DNA of 32,000 nucleotides from Methanothermobacter marburgensis str. Marburg (GCF_000145295.1 NC_014408.1:600001-632000); one strand, 5' to 3'. Shown: positions 1 through 10,359, counted from the first letter of the stretch. Notes: generated by a model from the letters alone, not told the origin. Numbers and translations: made by a program.

Positions 1-323
1 AGTATTCTGATTTCAGGATATGGGCACTGAAGAACAGGGACATCCTCAGGTATGTCCAGGAGAGGGTCTTCAGAAGGGAGGAACTTGACCTTGAAAACCT
101 GAGGGACCACAGCAGGGAATGGGCCCTTGTGAATATATGGGGGATGGAGCCACCTGAGAGTTATTCTGAGGATGAAATCCTTGAGGATATTCTCCTGTAT
201 ATTGAAATAAAGGATGATAACATTATCAGTAAATTCGCCCATGCTCTGAGCAGTCACAGCGACTCCCTGAGGTACCTCGATAAGGTTATATCCGCTGTTT
301 CAGCCTGGAAACGGGGAGGGTAG
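1..323 (+). CDS. 3' end of an unidentified protein-coding gene that begins upstream of the window
   Basis: Frame 3 is open from the window edge (first full codon at 3) to TAG at 321-323. The tracked 64-aa ORF (129..323) is only its last part. No family recognised. It converges on the ExoIII gene with a 13-nt gap. Confidence 0.5.
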   Translation, partial: YSDFRIWALKNRDILRYVQERVFRREELDLENLRDHSREWALVNIWGMEPPESYSEDEILEDILLYIEIKDDNIISKFAHALSSHSDSLRYLDKVISAVSAWKRGG

Positions 324-336
324 CACCTGAAGATCA

Positions 337-1110
337 TTAAACCTCTATCTCAAGTCCTACTGGGCAGTGGTCTGAGCCCATCACCTCTGAGAGTATCCAT
401 GACCTTTTAACGTTCTTTGCGAACTCCTCATTCACAAAGAAGTAGTCGAGCCTCCATCCCACGTTTCTCTCACGGGCCCTGGTCCTGTAACTCCACCATG
501 TGTACTGGCCTGACTCGTTGTTGAACATCCTGAATGTGTCAACATACCCGTTTTCAATGAATTTGTCTATCCAGGCCCTTTCAACCGGTAGAAACCCTGA
601 TACGTTGCTGTTTTCCTTTGGCCTGGCCAGGTCTATCTCCCTGTGGGCGGTGTTGAAGTCACCGCATATTACCGTGTTCCTGCCAGCGTCCCGCTCCCTG
701 TTGACGTCCTCAAGGAATGCGTCATAGAATTCAAGTTTGTACTTTAACCTCTCATCTGACATCTTCCCGTTGGGGAAGTATATGTTGTAGAGCAGGAAGT
801 CATCAAAATCTGCAACCTGTATGCGGCCCTCAATGTCGAATCTCTCAACACCAAAGCCCTCCCTGATGGATTTCGGGGGTATCCTTGTGTACATGGCCAC
901 TCCACTGTATCCCTTCCTTTCTGCCGGGGTGAAGAAACTCCTGTAACCCTCAACATGCCTTAGCCTTCTGGGGAGCTGTTCTGGACTCGCCTTGGTCTCC
1001 TGAAGACATAGGATATCAGGTTTCTCGTCCATGAACCAGTCAAGGAAGCCCTTACGGTATACGGCCCTCAGACCGTTAACGTTCCAGGATATTATCTTGA
1101 TTTCTGCCAT
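337..1110 (-). CDS. xth: Exodeoxyribonuclease III / AP endonuclease (EEP superfamily), Mth212-like
   Basis: 257-aa ORF with ExoIII/APE1 hallmarks: [10 protein letters not shown] near the N-terminus, [23 protein letters not shown], and C-terminal GSDHCPV. Confidence 0.93.
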   Translation of the reverse strand: MAEIKIISWNVNGLRAVYRKGFLDWFMDEKPDILCLQETKASPEQLPRRLRHVEGYRSFFTPAERKGYSGVAMYTRIPPKSIREGFGVERFDIEGRIQVADFDDFLLYNIYFPNGKMSDERLKYKLEFYDAFLEDVNRERDAGRNTVICGDFNTAHREIDLARPKENSNVSGFLPVERAWIDKFIENGYVDTFRMFNNESGQYTWWSYRTRARERNVGWRLDYFFVNEEFAKNVKRSWILSEVMGSDHCPVGLEIEV

Positions 1111-1156
1111 GGTACCACGGGATTATTTCTGTACTCAGCGCCTTAAGTACTGATCA

Positions 1157-3067
1157 TCACATGATGAATGGCAGTATCCTTGCAAAGATTCCCCCCAGGA
1201 AGAGGGCGGTTCCAAGGTTTGCAAGGGTTATTATGGATGTGGATTTCCACCCGAATTCCCGTGCAAGTACTGCTATCGTTGAAAGGCAGGGGAAGTAAAG
1301 CATTCCCACAAGGGTGAGCACAAGGATCTGGGGTGCTGTAAGTACAGCCCCAATATCTGTTCCAACCAGTGAGACGAGTCCCAGGAGGATGAACTCCTTC
1401 CTCACAGCACCAAGGATCAGGAGTATCCCGGCAAATACCGGCAGATGTAACCAGCCAGCTGTGAGCGGAGCCATGATATTGCTTACCGGATTTAAAAACC
1501 CGAGGGTGTAGAGGAGCTGTATGAGGGCGCTTCCGATTATGTATATGGGGAATACAAGGTATATGAGGGACTTTGTCCTTGTCCAGGTCTGCCTTGCTAT
1601 GACCCTGAAGGACGGCATTTTGAGGGAGTGCATCTCCATTATAAGGCCGGTAGTCTCCCCGGGAAGTGCCTTCAATGCAAGTTTACCCATTATGAATATT
1701 ATGAGGAGGTCCAGGGCGTATAACCCTATGGCCCACCATACACTGACAAAGAGGGCCACAAGCCCCAGTATCAGGATTGTTCTTGCGGCGCAGGGTGCAA
1801 AAGATATTGCAAAGGCTGCAAGGAGCCTCTCCCTGGGGGTTTCAAGTATCCTCGTACTGTCTATTGCCGGTACACTGCAACCGTATCCGAGTATGAGGGG
1901 TATGAGGGCTTTGCCATGGAGTCCTATCTTTCTCATGAACGCGTCCATCATGAACGCGACCCTGGTGAGAAGTCCCGAATTTTCGATGTAGGATAGCATG
2001 AGGTAGAAGGGTATGACGAATGGTATCACGAGGGTCAACCCCGCCACTATACCCCCGAAGGCGCCGTTCCATATTATGGATTCAATCGAACCTGAGAACT
2101 GGGGGTCAACTGGCTGGAAAAATCCGAAAATATTGGTGAGAGTATCTGATAGGAATTCACCCACAACGAAGGTCCAGAGGAGGAGACCTCCAACAACAAG
2201 GACCGATGAGATGTAACCGTAGATGGGGTGTGTGAGGAAGCTGTCAAGGCGTTCTGAGAGGGATGTTTTTATCTCTGATTGTTTCTGTGCCCCTGCTGCT
2301 ATCATATTTGAGAGTGCGTATCTCTCAGAGGCCATAACAGAGAATGATGGCTCATTGTGTATCCTTTCAACCTGGGCTGCAAGTTCAGCTGCAAGGTTTT
2401 TCACGCTGGGAGGCATCATGGCGGTTATCTCAGGGTCGTTTTCAAGGAGCTTTATGGCAACCCATCTCTTTGAATAGCCCTCTGGAATTTCAGGGAGTGC
2501 TTCCATAAGTTTTCTTATGCGGCTTTCAACCTCCTCCCCGTATTCTATGACCTCTGGTTTTATCCTTTTATCAGCCACTTCAAGGGTTTTCCTGAGGAGT
2601 TTCTGGAGTCCCTGGCCCTTAACAGCCACCGTTGATACAACAGGCACACCCAGGGCACCCTCAAGTTTCTTCTCGTCTATCACTATCCCCTTCTGCCTGG
2701 CCATGTCCACCTGGTTGATGCAGATAACCATGGGGACCTCCATCTCCATGAGCTGGAGCGTGAAGAAGAGGTTTCTCTCAAGGACAGATGCATCAAGCAC
2801 GTTTATGACGACATCTGGCTTTTCGTTGACTATGAACTCCCTGGAGACTATCTCCTCCATGGAGTAGGTTGAAAATGAGTATATGCCTGGGAGGTCAATT
2901 ATGTGGATGTCCCGGCCCTGAAATTTAAGGTAGCCCTCTGCCCTTTCAACGGTTTTACCAGGCCAGTTCCCGACTATCTGGTTTGACCCTGTCAGCTGGT
3001 TGAAGATCACACTTTTACCCACATTGGCATTTCCTGCAAGTGCAACGGTTATCTCAGATTTCTCCAT
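1157..3067 (-). CDS. feoB: Ferrous iron transporter FeoB
   Basis: 636-aa ORF. The N-terminal GTPase domain has G1 GNANVGKS, G3 DLPG and G4 NQVD. It is followed by a large polytopic membrane domain that includes a GYGCSVPA segment. Confidence 0.93.
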   Translation of the reverse strand: MEKSEITVALAGNANVGKSVIFNQLTGSNQIVGNWPGKTVERAEGYLKFQGRDIHIIDLPGIYSFSTYSMEEIVSREFIVNEKPDVVINVLDASVLERNLFFTLQLMEMEVPMVICINQVDMARQKGIVIDEKKLEGALGVPVVSTVAVKGQGLQKLLRKTLEVADKRIKPEVIEYGEEVESRIRKLMEALPEIPEGYSKRWVAIKLLENDPEITAMMPPSVKNLAAELAAQVERIHNEPSFSVMASERYALSNMIAAGAQKQSEIKTSLSERLDSFLTHPIYGYISSVLVVGGLLLWTFVVGEFLSDTLTNIFGFFQPVDPQFSGSIESIIWNGAFGGIVAGLTLVIPFVIPFYLMLSYIENSGLLTRVAFMMDAFMRKIGLHGKALIPLILGYGCSVPAIDSTRILETPRERLLAAFAISFAPCAARTILILGLVALFVSVWWAIGLYALDLLIIFIMGKLALKALPGETTGLIMEMHSLKMPSFRVIARQTWTRTKSLIYLVFPIYIIGSALIQLLYTLGFLNPVSNIMAPLTAGWLHLPVFAGILLILGAVRKEFILLGLVSLVGTDIGAVLTAPQILVLTLVGMLYFPCLSTIAVLAREFGWKSTSIITLANLGTALFLGGIFARILPFIM

Positions 3068-3109
3068 CAGTAAACACGTCCCGGTTGAAATTCGGTTCCT
3101 AACAGAAAT

Positions 3110-3835
3110 TCAGCTTTCTGTATCTATGAATACATTGTCTGCTATATCCCTTCCAAGAGCCACCCTTGACCCGCGGACCTCCACCTCGATGGGCCCACTG
3201 AGGGGGGCCCTTTTGATCATTCTTATGGGGGCTCCAAGGGTTATTCCCATGTCCATGAGCCTCCTTAAAACCCTGTAGTCCCCCCGTATGAATGAAACCC
3301 TCCCGGCCTGTTTTTCATCCATCTCTGTGAGTGATTTAAGGTTACCCTCCCGGCACCCTATTTCCTCAACATCGGTATCCTTCAGTTCAATGCATTCCCC
3401 ACATGTCTGGAATTTGAAATCGCAGGCAGGGATCGGGTTTGCGTCGGGGCACTCACCTGGCATGTTGAGGAGCTGGCATAGGGCCCTCTCTGCATCATCT
3501 GAGAGCGAATGTTCCATCTCACAGGCCTGTCTGTGTATCCTGTCCCTCCTGATTCCAAGTACATCGTGGAGGAACCGCTCCAGCAGGCGGTGCTTCCTTG
3601 TTATTCTCCGGGCTATCCTGTACCCCTTTTCTGTGAGTACCGCCCCACGGTAGGGGGAGTATTTAACATATCCCTCAGAATCAAGTTTTTTAAGCATCTG
3701 GGTTACACTGGCAGGGGCTATTCCCATTTCCTTTGATATTTTCGTTGTGCTGGCATTTTTACTGGATTCTGATAGCCGGTAGATGGTTTCGAGGTACTCC
3801 TCTATATTTTCGCTGAGATGCTTCATTAGGTTCAC
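3110..3835 (-). CDS. DtxR/IdeR/MntR-family metal-dependent repressor with C-terminal FeoA/SH3-like domain
   Basis: N-terminal wHTH ([25 protein letters not shown]), a DtxR-type helix [10 protein letters not shown], metal-site motif ACEMEH, and a C-terminal FeoA-like domain (GRVSFIRGD...[22 protein letters not shown]). The tracked start is GTG 3835. ATG 3826 is more likely because AGGTGA lies 5 nt upstream of it. Six extra Cys lie between the dimerisation and SH3 domains. Confidence 0.85.
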   Translation of the reverse strand: MNLMKHLSENIEEYLETIYRLSESSKNASTTKISKEMGIAPASVTQMLKKLDSEGYVKYSPYRGAVLTEKGYRIARRITRKHRLLERFLHDVLGIRRDRIHRQACEMEHSLSDDAERALCQLLNMPGECPDANPIPACDFKFQTCGECIELKDTDVEEIGCREGNLKSLTEMDEKQAGRVSFIRGDYRVLRRLMDMGITLGAPIRMIKRAPLSGPIEVEVRGSRVALGRDIADNVFIDTES

Positions 3836-3839
3836 CTAA
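3826..3839. promoter_or_regulatory. Perfect inverted repeat TTAGGT-NN-ACCTAA overlapping the RBS and start codon of the DtxR-family gene
   Basis: The plus strand reads ttaggttcacctaa. The arms are exact complements. The motif contains the AGGTGA Shine-Dalgarno (minus strand) and abuts ATG 3826. The half-site TTAGGT equals the half-site of the DtxR/IdeR iron-box consensus. Confidence 0.45.
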
Positions 3840-3851
3840 ATGGTTGCTGTT

Positions 3852-3870
3852 AATTTAGTTAAACCTAATT
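3852..3870 (-). promoter_or_regulatory. Iron-box-like operator (imperfect 19-bp palindrome) between the TATA box and the expected TSS of the DtxR-family gene
   Basis: The minus strand reads AATTAGGTTTAACTAAATT. By my hand alignment its core matches TTAGGTTAGCCTAACCTAA at 14 of 19 positions. It lies directly downstream of TTATAT (3871-3880). Confidence 0.45.
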
Positions 3871-3880
3871 CAATATAAGG
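3871..3880 (-). promoter_or_regulatory. Candidate archaeal TATA box for the dtxR-feoB(-xth) transcription unit
   Basis: The minus strand reads CCTTATATTG, about 45-50 nt upstream of the start codon in an AT-rich intergenic region. Confidence 0.4.
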
Positions 3881-4030
3881 TTTTCTGAATGTTGGCGGTA
3901 AGAAGTTTTTCGCAGTTTATCATCAAATGTTGATGTAAAAATTAGAGTTTCTGATTTTGGTGTATTTGGAATGAATTTATGGGGGCTTTATTTCTTTTCT
4001 GGAGGTTCTGGTGTCACATTCTGACATATA

Positions 4031-4043
4031 AAGAAAAGAAAAA
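4031..4043 (-). terminator. Oligo-T terminator region downstream of the acetate-channel gene
   Basis: The minus strand reads TTTTTCTTTTCTT starting about 20 nt after the stop at 4065. This run is also one arm of a 10-bp inverted repeat (3991-4000 / 4032-4041), which encloses a smaller TGTCA-N5-TGACA hairpin (4012-4026). Confidence 0.5.
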
Positions 4044-4064
4044 GGTGGGTTGTTCCTTCCCTGA

Positions 4065-4658
4065 TCATATGGGCAGGACATCCCTTCCATGGGTTTCGTT
4101 TATGACCTCTGCAAGGCCAACGTACATTGCAGCGGCCCCTGTGAATATACCCTCATAACCTGCAATGGTTGTTATGATGGTGGAACCTGTGATTTCACCG
4201 GCTGTGAGCAGGAAGAAGAGCACTGCGAGGCTTATGAATATCACCTGTATGCCCCTCTTGAGTTTGAGGGTTGCAATGAACATCACCAGTGTAAACAGGC
4301 CCCACATGAAGAGGTATGATGCCATTGCAACAGGGTCGGCTGCTGCCGCTGCACTGCCGGCTGTTTCAATGAACTTCAGTTTGGGGATCACAAGCAGAAG
4401 TACCAGTGACCACCAGAAGAGTCCATATGAGCCGAATGCAACAGTACCAAAGGTGTTGCCCTTCCTGTATTCCATCACACTTGCCAGTATCTGGGCTATA
4501 CCCCCGTAGGCGAACCCCATCGCAAGTATCATGCTGTTTATGGGGAAAAGCCCTGCGTTGTGCAGGTTCAGAAGCACAGTGGTTATACCAAAGCCCAGAA
4601 GTCCAAGGGGAGCCGGGTTGGCAGTTTTATCTGATATAACCACTTCTTTTTCAGTCAT
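4065..4658 (-). CDS. GPR1/FUN34/YaaH (SatP) family acetate/succinate channel
   Basis: Family signature [14 protein letters not shown] followed by about six hydrophobic helices. I set the start at ATG 4658 because AGGAGG lies 6 nt upstream. The tracked ORF continues to 4763 through a duplicated segment (see findings). Confidence 0.85.
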   Translation of the reverse strand: MTEKEVVISDKTANPAPLGLLGFGITTVLLNLHNAGLFPINSMILAMGFAYGGIAQILASVMEYRKGNTFGTVAFGSYGLFWWSLVLLLVIPKLKFIETAGSAAAAADPVAMASYLFMWGLFTLVMFIATLKLKRGIQVIFISLAVLFFLLTAGEITGSTIITTIAGYEGIFTGAAAMYVGLAEVINETHGRDVLPI

Positions 4659-4672
4659 TTTTTGCCTCCTTC

Positions 4673-4764
4673 TATTCTTCAAGGGTTGAGGTATCACCTC
4701 ATCTTCCACGATCTCGAAGTCCTCCACCTCTGTCATTTTATTCTTCAAGGGTTGAGGTATCACC
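4673..4764. repeat. 66-bp-period tandem duplication of the acs-stop / transporter-start junction (26-bp perfect core repeat)
   Basis: tattcttcaagggttgaggtatcacc occurs at 4673-4698 and again at 4739-4764 with no mismatch. Both copies are followed on the minus strand by a stop codon and an AAAATGAC(A/T)GA start context. Confidence 0.9.
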
Positions 4765-6641
4765 GAGGTCCTTTCCTTCCTCCCTGGCCCTCAGTATTCT
4801 CCTCATTATTTTTCCTGACCTTGTTTTCGGGAGCTTATCAACCTGCACCATTTCCCCGATAACAGCCACGGGTCCAAGTTCGTGGCGCAGGTGCCTTTTG
4901 AGTTCCTCTATGAGTGCTGTGTTTAAATTATGGCCCTTCTTGAGTATGAGGAATGCCTTTATGACCTCCCCCTTGATGGGGTCAGCCCTACCGATAACCG
5001 CTGCCTCGGCAACTGCAGGATGGGCCACGAAGACTGATTCAACCTCTGCTGTACCTATCCTGTGTCCGGCTATGTTGAGGACGTCATCTGATCTTCCCTG
5101 TATCCAGAAGTAGCCATCCTCGTCCTTCCTCGCCATGTCACCTGCGGTGTAGACTCCACCGGGGATCTGTTTCCAGTATACGTTGAGGTACCTCTCCTCG
5201 TCATTGAAGAGTGTCCTGAACATTGCAGGCCATGGTTTCTTTATTACAAGGAATCCACCCTTACCCAGTGGCACAGGGTTGCCCTTCTCGTCAACCACAT
5301 CCGCCTCGATGCCAGGGAGGGGTTTGGTGACGGATCCCGGTTTAAGGGGGGTTACAGGAAGTGGCGCTATGAGGTGCATTCCTGTTTCTGTCTGCCACCA
5401 GGTATCGATTATCGGGCACTTTTCCCTTCCAATGTGTCTGTAGTACCACATCCATGCCTCGGGGTTTATTGGCTCACCAACGGTTCCAAGGATCTTGAGG
5501 GACTCCAGGTTGTAGCGTTTCGGGTGTTTTTCACCGAACCTCATGAGGTGCCTTATTGCTGTGGGGGCTGTGTAGAACTTTGTGACACCGTATTTTTCGA
5601 CTATGCTCCACCAGACCCCGGGGTCCGGGTAGTCAGGGGCCCCCTCATAGAGCAGTGTCGTTGTTCCAAGAAGGAGGGGTCCGTATACAACGTAACTGTG
5701 CCCGGTTATCCACCCTATGTCTGCTGTGCACCACCAGAGGTCTCCGTTATGGATGTCAAAGGTCATCTCAAGGGTTGATGCGACCCCCACCATGTATCCA
5801 CCTGTCGTGTGCAGCACACCCTTTGGTTTCCCGGTACTTCCTGAGGTGTAGAGTATAAAGAGGGGGTCCTCTGCATCCATCACCTCTGCCTTGCACCGGT
5901 CCTCCTCGCCCTCTATGAGCTTGTCGAACAGCATTTCGCGTCCGCTTATATCTGACATCTTTATGTCGATGTCTGTGTGTTTCACAACAACGGTTGTCTC
6001 TATTGTGGGGCACTGGAGTATGGCCTCGTCAACGATTGGTTTGAGTTCTATCACCCCACCCCTTCTGTAGGTTCCGTCTGCTGTTATTATGATCTTGGCC
6101 TTTGCATCGTTTAGGCGTTCCACAAGTGCTCCGACGCTCAGACCAGAATAGATGACGCTGTGCATGGCCCCTATCTTTGCACAGGCCAGCATTGAGATAA
6201 CGAGTTCCGGGCACATGGGTAGGTACATTGCAACGGCGTCGCCCTTTTTGATTCCAAGGCTTTTCAGGGCATTGGCTGTTCTGTTGACCTCTCTGTGCAG
6301 TTCATAGTAGGTCAGCTTCTTTTCCTCTCCCCTCTCGTTCACGTAGAGAATGGCGACTGGTTTCTCTTGTCTGTGTCCAGCCATCTGTCCACGGCGTTGT
6401 GGGTCATGTTGATCTTGCCGTTCACGAACCACTTGTAGAATGGCTTGTTGCTCTCGTCAAGTACCTTGTCCCATTTCCTGAACCATTCGAAACTTTTCGC
6501 CTTTTCGGCCCAGTATTTCTCATGGTCCTTTCCCTTTTCCAGCTCGGCCTCCCAGTTTTTTATATGGGCCTCCTCCACAATGGTGTAGTGTGGTTTGAAG
6601 ACCCTTGTTTCCTCCAGGAGAACTGAGGTATCCTTTGACAT
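4738..6641 (-). CDS. acs: AMP-forming acetyl-CoA synthetase, reading frame interrupted by a 1-nt shift near 6361-6363
   Basis: Two overlapping ORFs (6339..6641 and 4738..6432) together give a full-length Acs. The N-terminal part ends [25 protein letters not shown]. The C-terminal part continues [14 protein letters not shown] and carries [38 protein letters not shown] and [14 protein letters not shown]. Confidence 0.9.
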
Positions 6642-6759
6642 ATTTCATACCGCCATTTTTTTCTTGGGTGATAGTAGTAAGTTTTTCTGGACTTATATAT
6701 TTTACTATTATTAATCATGATAAATAATAGTAATTTAACAATTTTTATTAAATACATTG

Positions 6760-6766
6760 AAAAAAA
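6760..6766 (-). terminator. Oligo-T (T7) terminator after the thermosome gene
   Basis: An A7 run on the plus strand equals T7 on the minus strand, 11-17 nt downstream of the TAA at 6777-6779. Confidence 0.55.
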
Positions 6767-6776
6767 TTATTGGGTG

Positions 6777-8405
<1,629 letters not shown>

Positions 8406-8491
8406 TAAATCACCTCTTAAATAAATATGCAATTATCGATGGGTTTAAGGTTCTATAAATAATTTGTGCAGGATGCAAGTTACAGCCCGTA

Positions 8492-8520
8492 TTTCAGTTG
8501 CTGTGAACTGAAAGAAAAAA
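8492..8520 (-). terminator. T-run plus perfect 8-bp hairpin downstream of the 137-aa gene
   Basis: The minus strand reads TTTTTTC followed by TTTCAGTT-CACAGC-AACTGAAA, starting about 20 nt after the stop at 8541. It also lies about 90 nt upstream of the thermosome start. Confidence 0.5.
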
Positions 8521-8540
8521 TGAATGGTTCGAGTTTCCTT

Positions 8541-8954
8541 CTACTGGTTGGGGAAGATCCTCGGAAGGAAGGTCTGGCAGAAGTCAGGTGTCAGCTTTGA
8601 GGTTTCATGTTCTATCTTTTCAACAATCTCCTCCTCAAGTTCAGGTGTCTTTGATGCCTCAACAGCAAAGCCCTCAGCGTCAATCCAGACCCTCAGTGAC
8701 TCCTCACCCATCGTCATCTCAAATTCAACAGTTTTACCCCTCTCGATATCACCGAGTATATCATCCATGATCTCATCCGAGAGCTTGAGGAGCTTCCTGC
8801 CCTCGGGTTCATAGGTGTTCTTTGATGTTCTGATCCTTTTGATTCTTACAGGGGCGCAGCCCTCCTCCTTTATCGTCTTTCGAACCGTCCAGAAGAGGCT
8901 CACAACAATTTTTTTCTCAGGGTCGTGGCTTCCCTGAAATTTAACGGACTTCAT
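8541..8954 (-). CDS. Hypothetical acidic 137-aa protein, translationally linked to fprA
   Basis: Its start ATG 8954 lies 3 nt after the fprA stop (8958-8960). No family recognised. The C-terminal half is Glu-rich (TPELEEEIVEKIEHE). Confidence 0.6.
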   Translation of the reverse strand: MKSVKFQGSHDPEKKIVVSLFWTVRKTIKEEGCAPVRIKRIRTSKNTYEPEGRKLLKLSDEIMDDILGDIERGKTVEFEMTMGEESLRVWIDAEGFAVEASKTPELEEEIVEKIEHETSKLTPDFCQTFLPRIFPNQ

Positions 8955-8957
8955 CAG

Positions 8958-10190
8958 TCACATCTCCTTTATCCTCTTGCCGATCGATTTTCCGATGCTG
9001 TAGCAGCGCGCCAGGTCATCCTCATCCGGGACATAGCTGACCTCAAGGGTCTCTGCAACCTCAAACCCTGCGGCGCTGATTTCGTCTTTGAGTGTCCTCA
9101 CTGCACCTCCACCCCATCCCTTTGATCCGAATACAACCGCCAGCCTCCTGAATCCGGTTCTATCGAATGTGAGCCCCTTGAGGTAGTACATTATGTCCCC
9201 GAGACTCGGGAATGGTCCATTGAACATTGTGGGGCTTCCAATGAATAACGCCTTACTTTCAAGGATGTTCTTTACGATTTCACTCCTTTCATCCTCGTGG
9301 AGGAAGTGCATTGAAACATCCACGTCCTCGGCCATGAGCCCCTCTGCGAGTGCATGTGCAAGCATCCTGGTTGAGTAGTGCATGGTATCATAGATTATCG
9401 TGGCCTTGTCCCTGCACTCCCCTGTTGCCCATGCCGTGTATGCCTCTATGATCTTCATGGGCTCTGTCCAGATCTGCCCATGGGATGGTGCGATCATTCT
9501 GATCTTCTCGAGAAGCCCAAGGTCCTTTACCTCACTGAACTTCCTGAGCACAAGGGGTGATAGTGGTGTTAACAGATTGGCATAGAACTTCATGGCCGCG
9601 TCCATCAGCACGGCTTCAGGCACGTCGGTGTCGAACCTTCTGCTGATGCAGAGGTGCTGGCCAAAGGCGTCATTTGAAAAGAGAATCCCATCCTCACCAA
9701 GGAGGGTGAACATGCTGTCTGGCCAGTGGAGCATGGGGGCCTCAAGGAATGTGAGTGTTTTTCCCCCGAGGTCAATGGAGTCCCCTGTTTTAACGGTTTT
9801 AAATACGGCTTCATAGGGGATGGGATAGTGTTCCCTTAGTCCCTCAGAGGCCTTTTCTGTGCAGATTATTTCTGGTCTGTGGCGCTTCCATACCTCCAGG
9901 ATTGAACCGCTGTGGTCCCTCTCTATGTGGTTCTGGATTATGAGGTCTATACTTTCATCCCTTCCCTCCCTTTCAAAGGCGTCACTTATCCTTCCAAACA
10001 TCTGGGGGGATGTCCCGGGGTATGTGTTATCAATAAGGGCGACCTTATCGTCTCCAAAGACGAGGTACACGTTGTATGTTGTGCCTCCAAGGGTGTAGCC
10101 GTGGTAGTTTCGGATGTCCCAGTCCATGACACCAACCCAGTAGACACCATCTGCAATCTTTACTGCATCAGCCTTCATCTTATACACCAT
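8958..10190 (-). CDS. fprA: Flavodiiron protein (type A flavoprotein, F420H2 oxidase-like FprA)
   Basis: The metallo-beta-lactamase-like domain carries the diiron motif HIERDHSG. The C-terminal flavodoxin-like domain reads [12 protein letters not shown] ... [11 protein letters not shown]. An alternative start is ATG 10178 ([16 protein letters not shown]). Confidence 0.88.
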   Translation of the reverse strand: MVYKMKADAVKIADGVYWVGVMDWDIRNYHGYTLGGTTYNVYLVFGDDKVALIDNTYPGTSPQMFGRISDAFEREGRDESIDLIIQNHIERDHSGSILEVWKRHRPEIICTEKASEGLREHYPIPYEAVFKTVKTGDSIDLGGKTLTFLEAPMLHWPDSMFTLLGEDGILFSNDAFGQHLCISRRFDTDVPEAVLMDAAMKFYANLLTPLSPLVLRKFSEVKDLGLLEKIRMIAPSHGQIWTEPMKIIEAYTAWATGECRDKATIIYDTMHYSTRMLAHALAEGLMAEDVDVSMHFLHEDERSEIVKNILESKALFIGSPTMFNGPFPSLGDIMYYLKGLTFDRTGFRRLAVVFGSKGWGGGAVRTLKDEISAAGFEVAETLEVSYVPDEDDLARCYSIGKSIGKRIKEM

Positions 10191-10240
10191 CTACCAGTTA
10201 TGTTCGCCATTATTATTAAAATATGGCATTTTTTTATGGC

Positions 10241-10309
10241 TGGCATTTGTGGTGCTGTTTGTGTGGTTTGTGAATGTAGCGTTTTGGTGGCATTTGTGGT
10301 GCTGTTTGT
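10241..10309. repeat. 22-bp perfect direct repeat (period 47 bp) upstream of the fprA promoter
   Basis: tggcatttgtggtgctgtttgt occurs at 10241-10262 and 10288-10309. A third partial copy (tggcattt) lies at 10224-10231. The candidate TATA tattattaaaatat (10211-10224) lies between the repeats and the fprA start. Confidence 0.85.
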
Positions 10310-10359
10310 TGCTGGATCAAAAATAGAATGCTGAAGTCTGTAAGCCAGATCTTATGGGC

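Noticed and set aside
1521-1991. 156-aa plus-strand ORF, and similar long ORFs antisense to real genes (e.g. 7537..8028, 11985..12650, 15375..15893, 23112..23597, 28030..28479)
   Set aside because: All lie entirely inside well-supported genes on the opposite strand. They have Ser/Leu/Arg-rich shadow-ORF composition, no SD and no recognisable motifs.
4659-4763. Long N-terminal extension of the acetate-channel ORF starting [17 protein letters not shown]
   Set aside because: The first Met would lie inside the acs coding region. The repeated IPQPLKN peptide is just the out-of-frame reading of the duplicated acs 3' end. The SD-preceded ATG at 4658 is the most parsimonious start. The ATG at 4736 is kept as a hypothesis in the findings.
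6355-6370. Programmed -1 ribosomal frameshift in acs
   Set aside because: There is no X XXY YYZ slippery heptamer and no obvious downstream stimulatory structure. A 1-nt indel in a short A-run is the simpler explanation.
6339-6641. Stand-alone 100-aa gene upstream of acs
   Set aside because: Its sequence (…[21 protein letters not shown]…) is the canonical N-terminus of AMP-forming acetyl-CoA synthetase. It is a fragment of the frameshifted acs, not a separate gene.
10241-10309. Possible miniature CRISPR array (also considered for 24309..24462)
   Set aside because: There are only two to three copies. The units are contiguous tandem duplications rather than repeat-spacer alternation. The repeats are not palindromic CRISPR-like 25-37-mers with unique spacers, and no cas genes are present.
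9912-10334. 140-aa plus-strand ORF ending in a Cys/Val-rich segment
   Set aside because: It is antisense to fprA for most of its length. The Cys/Val-rich tail is the translation of the TG-rich 22-bp direct repeats.
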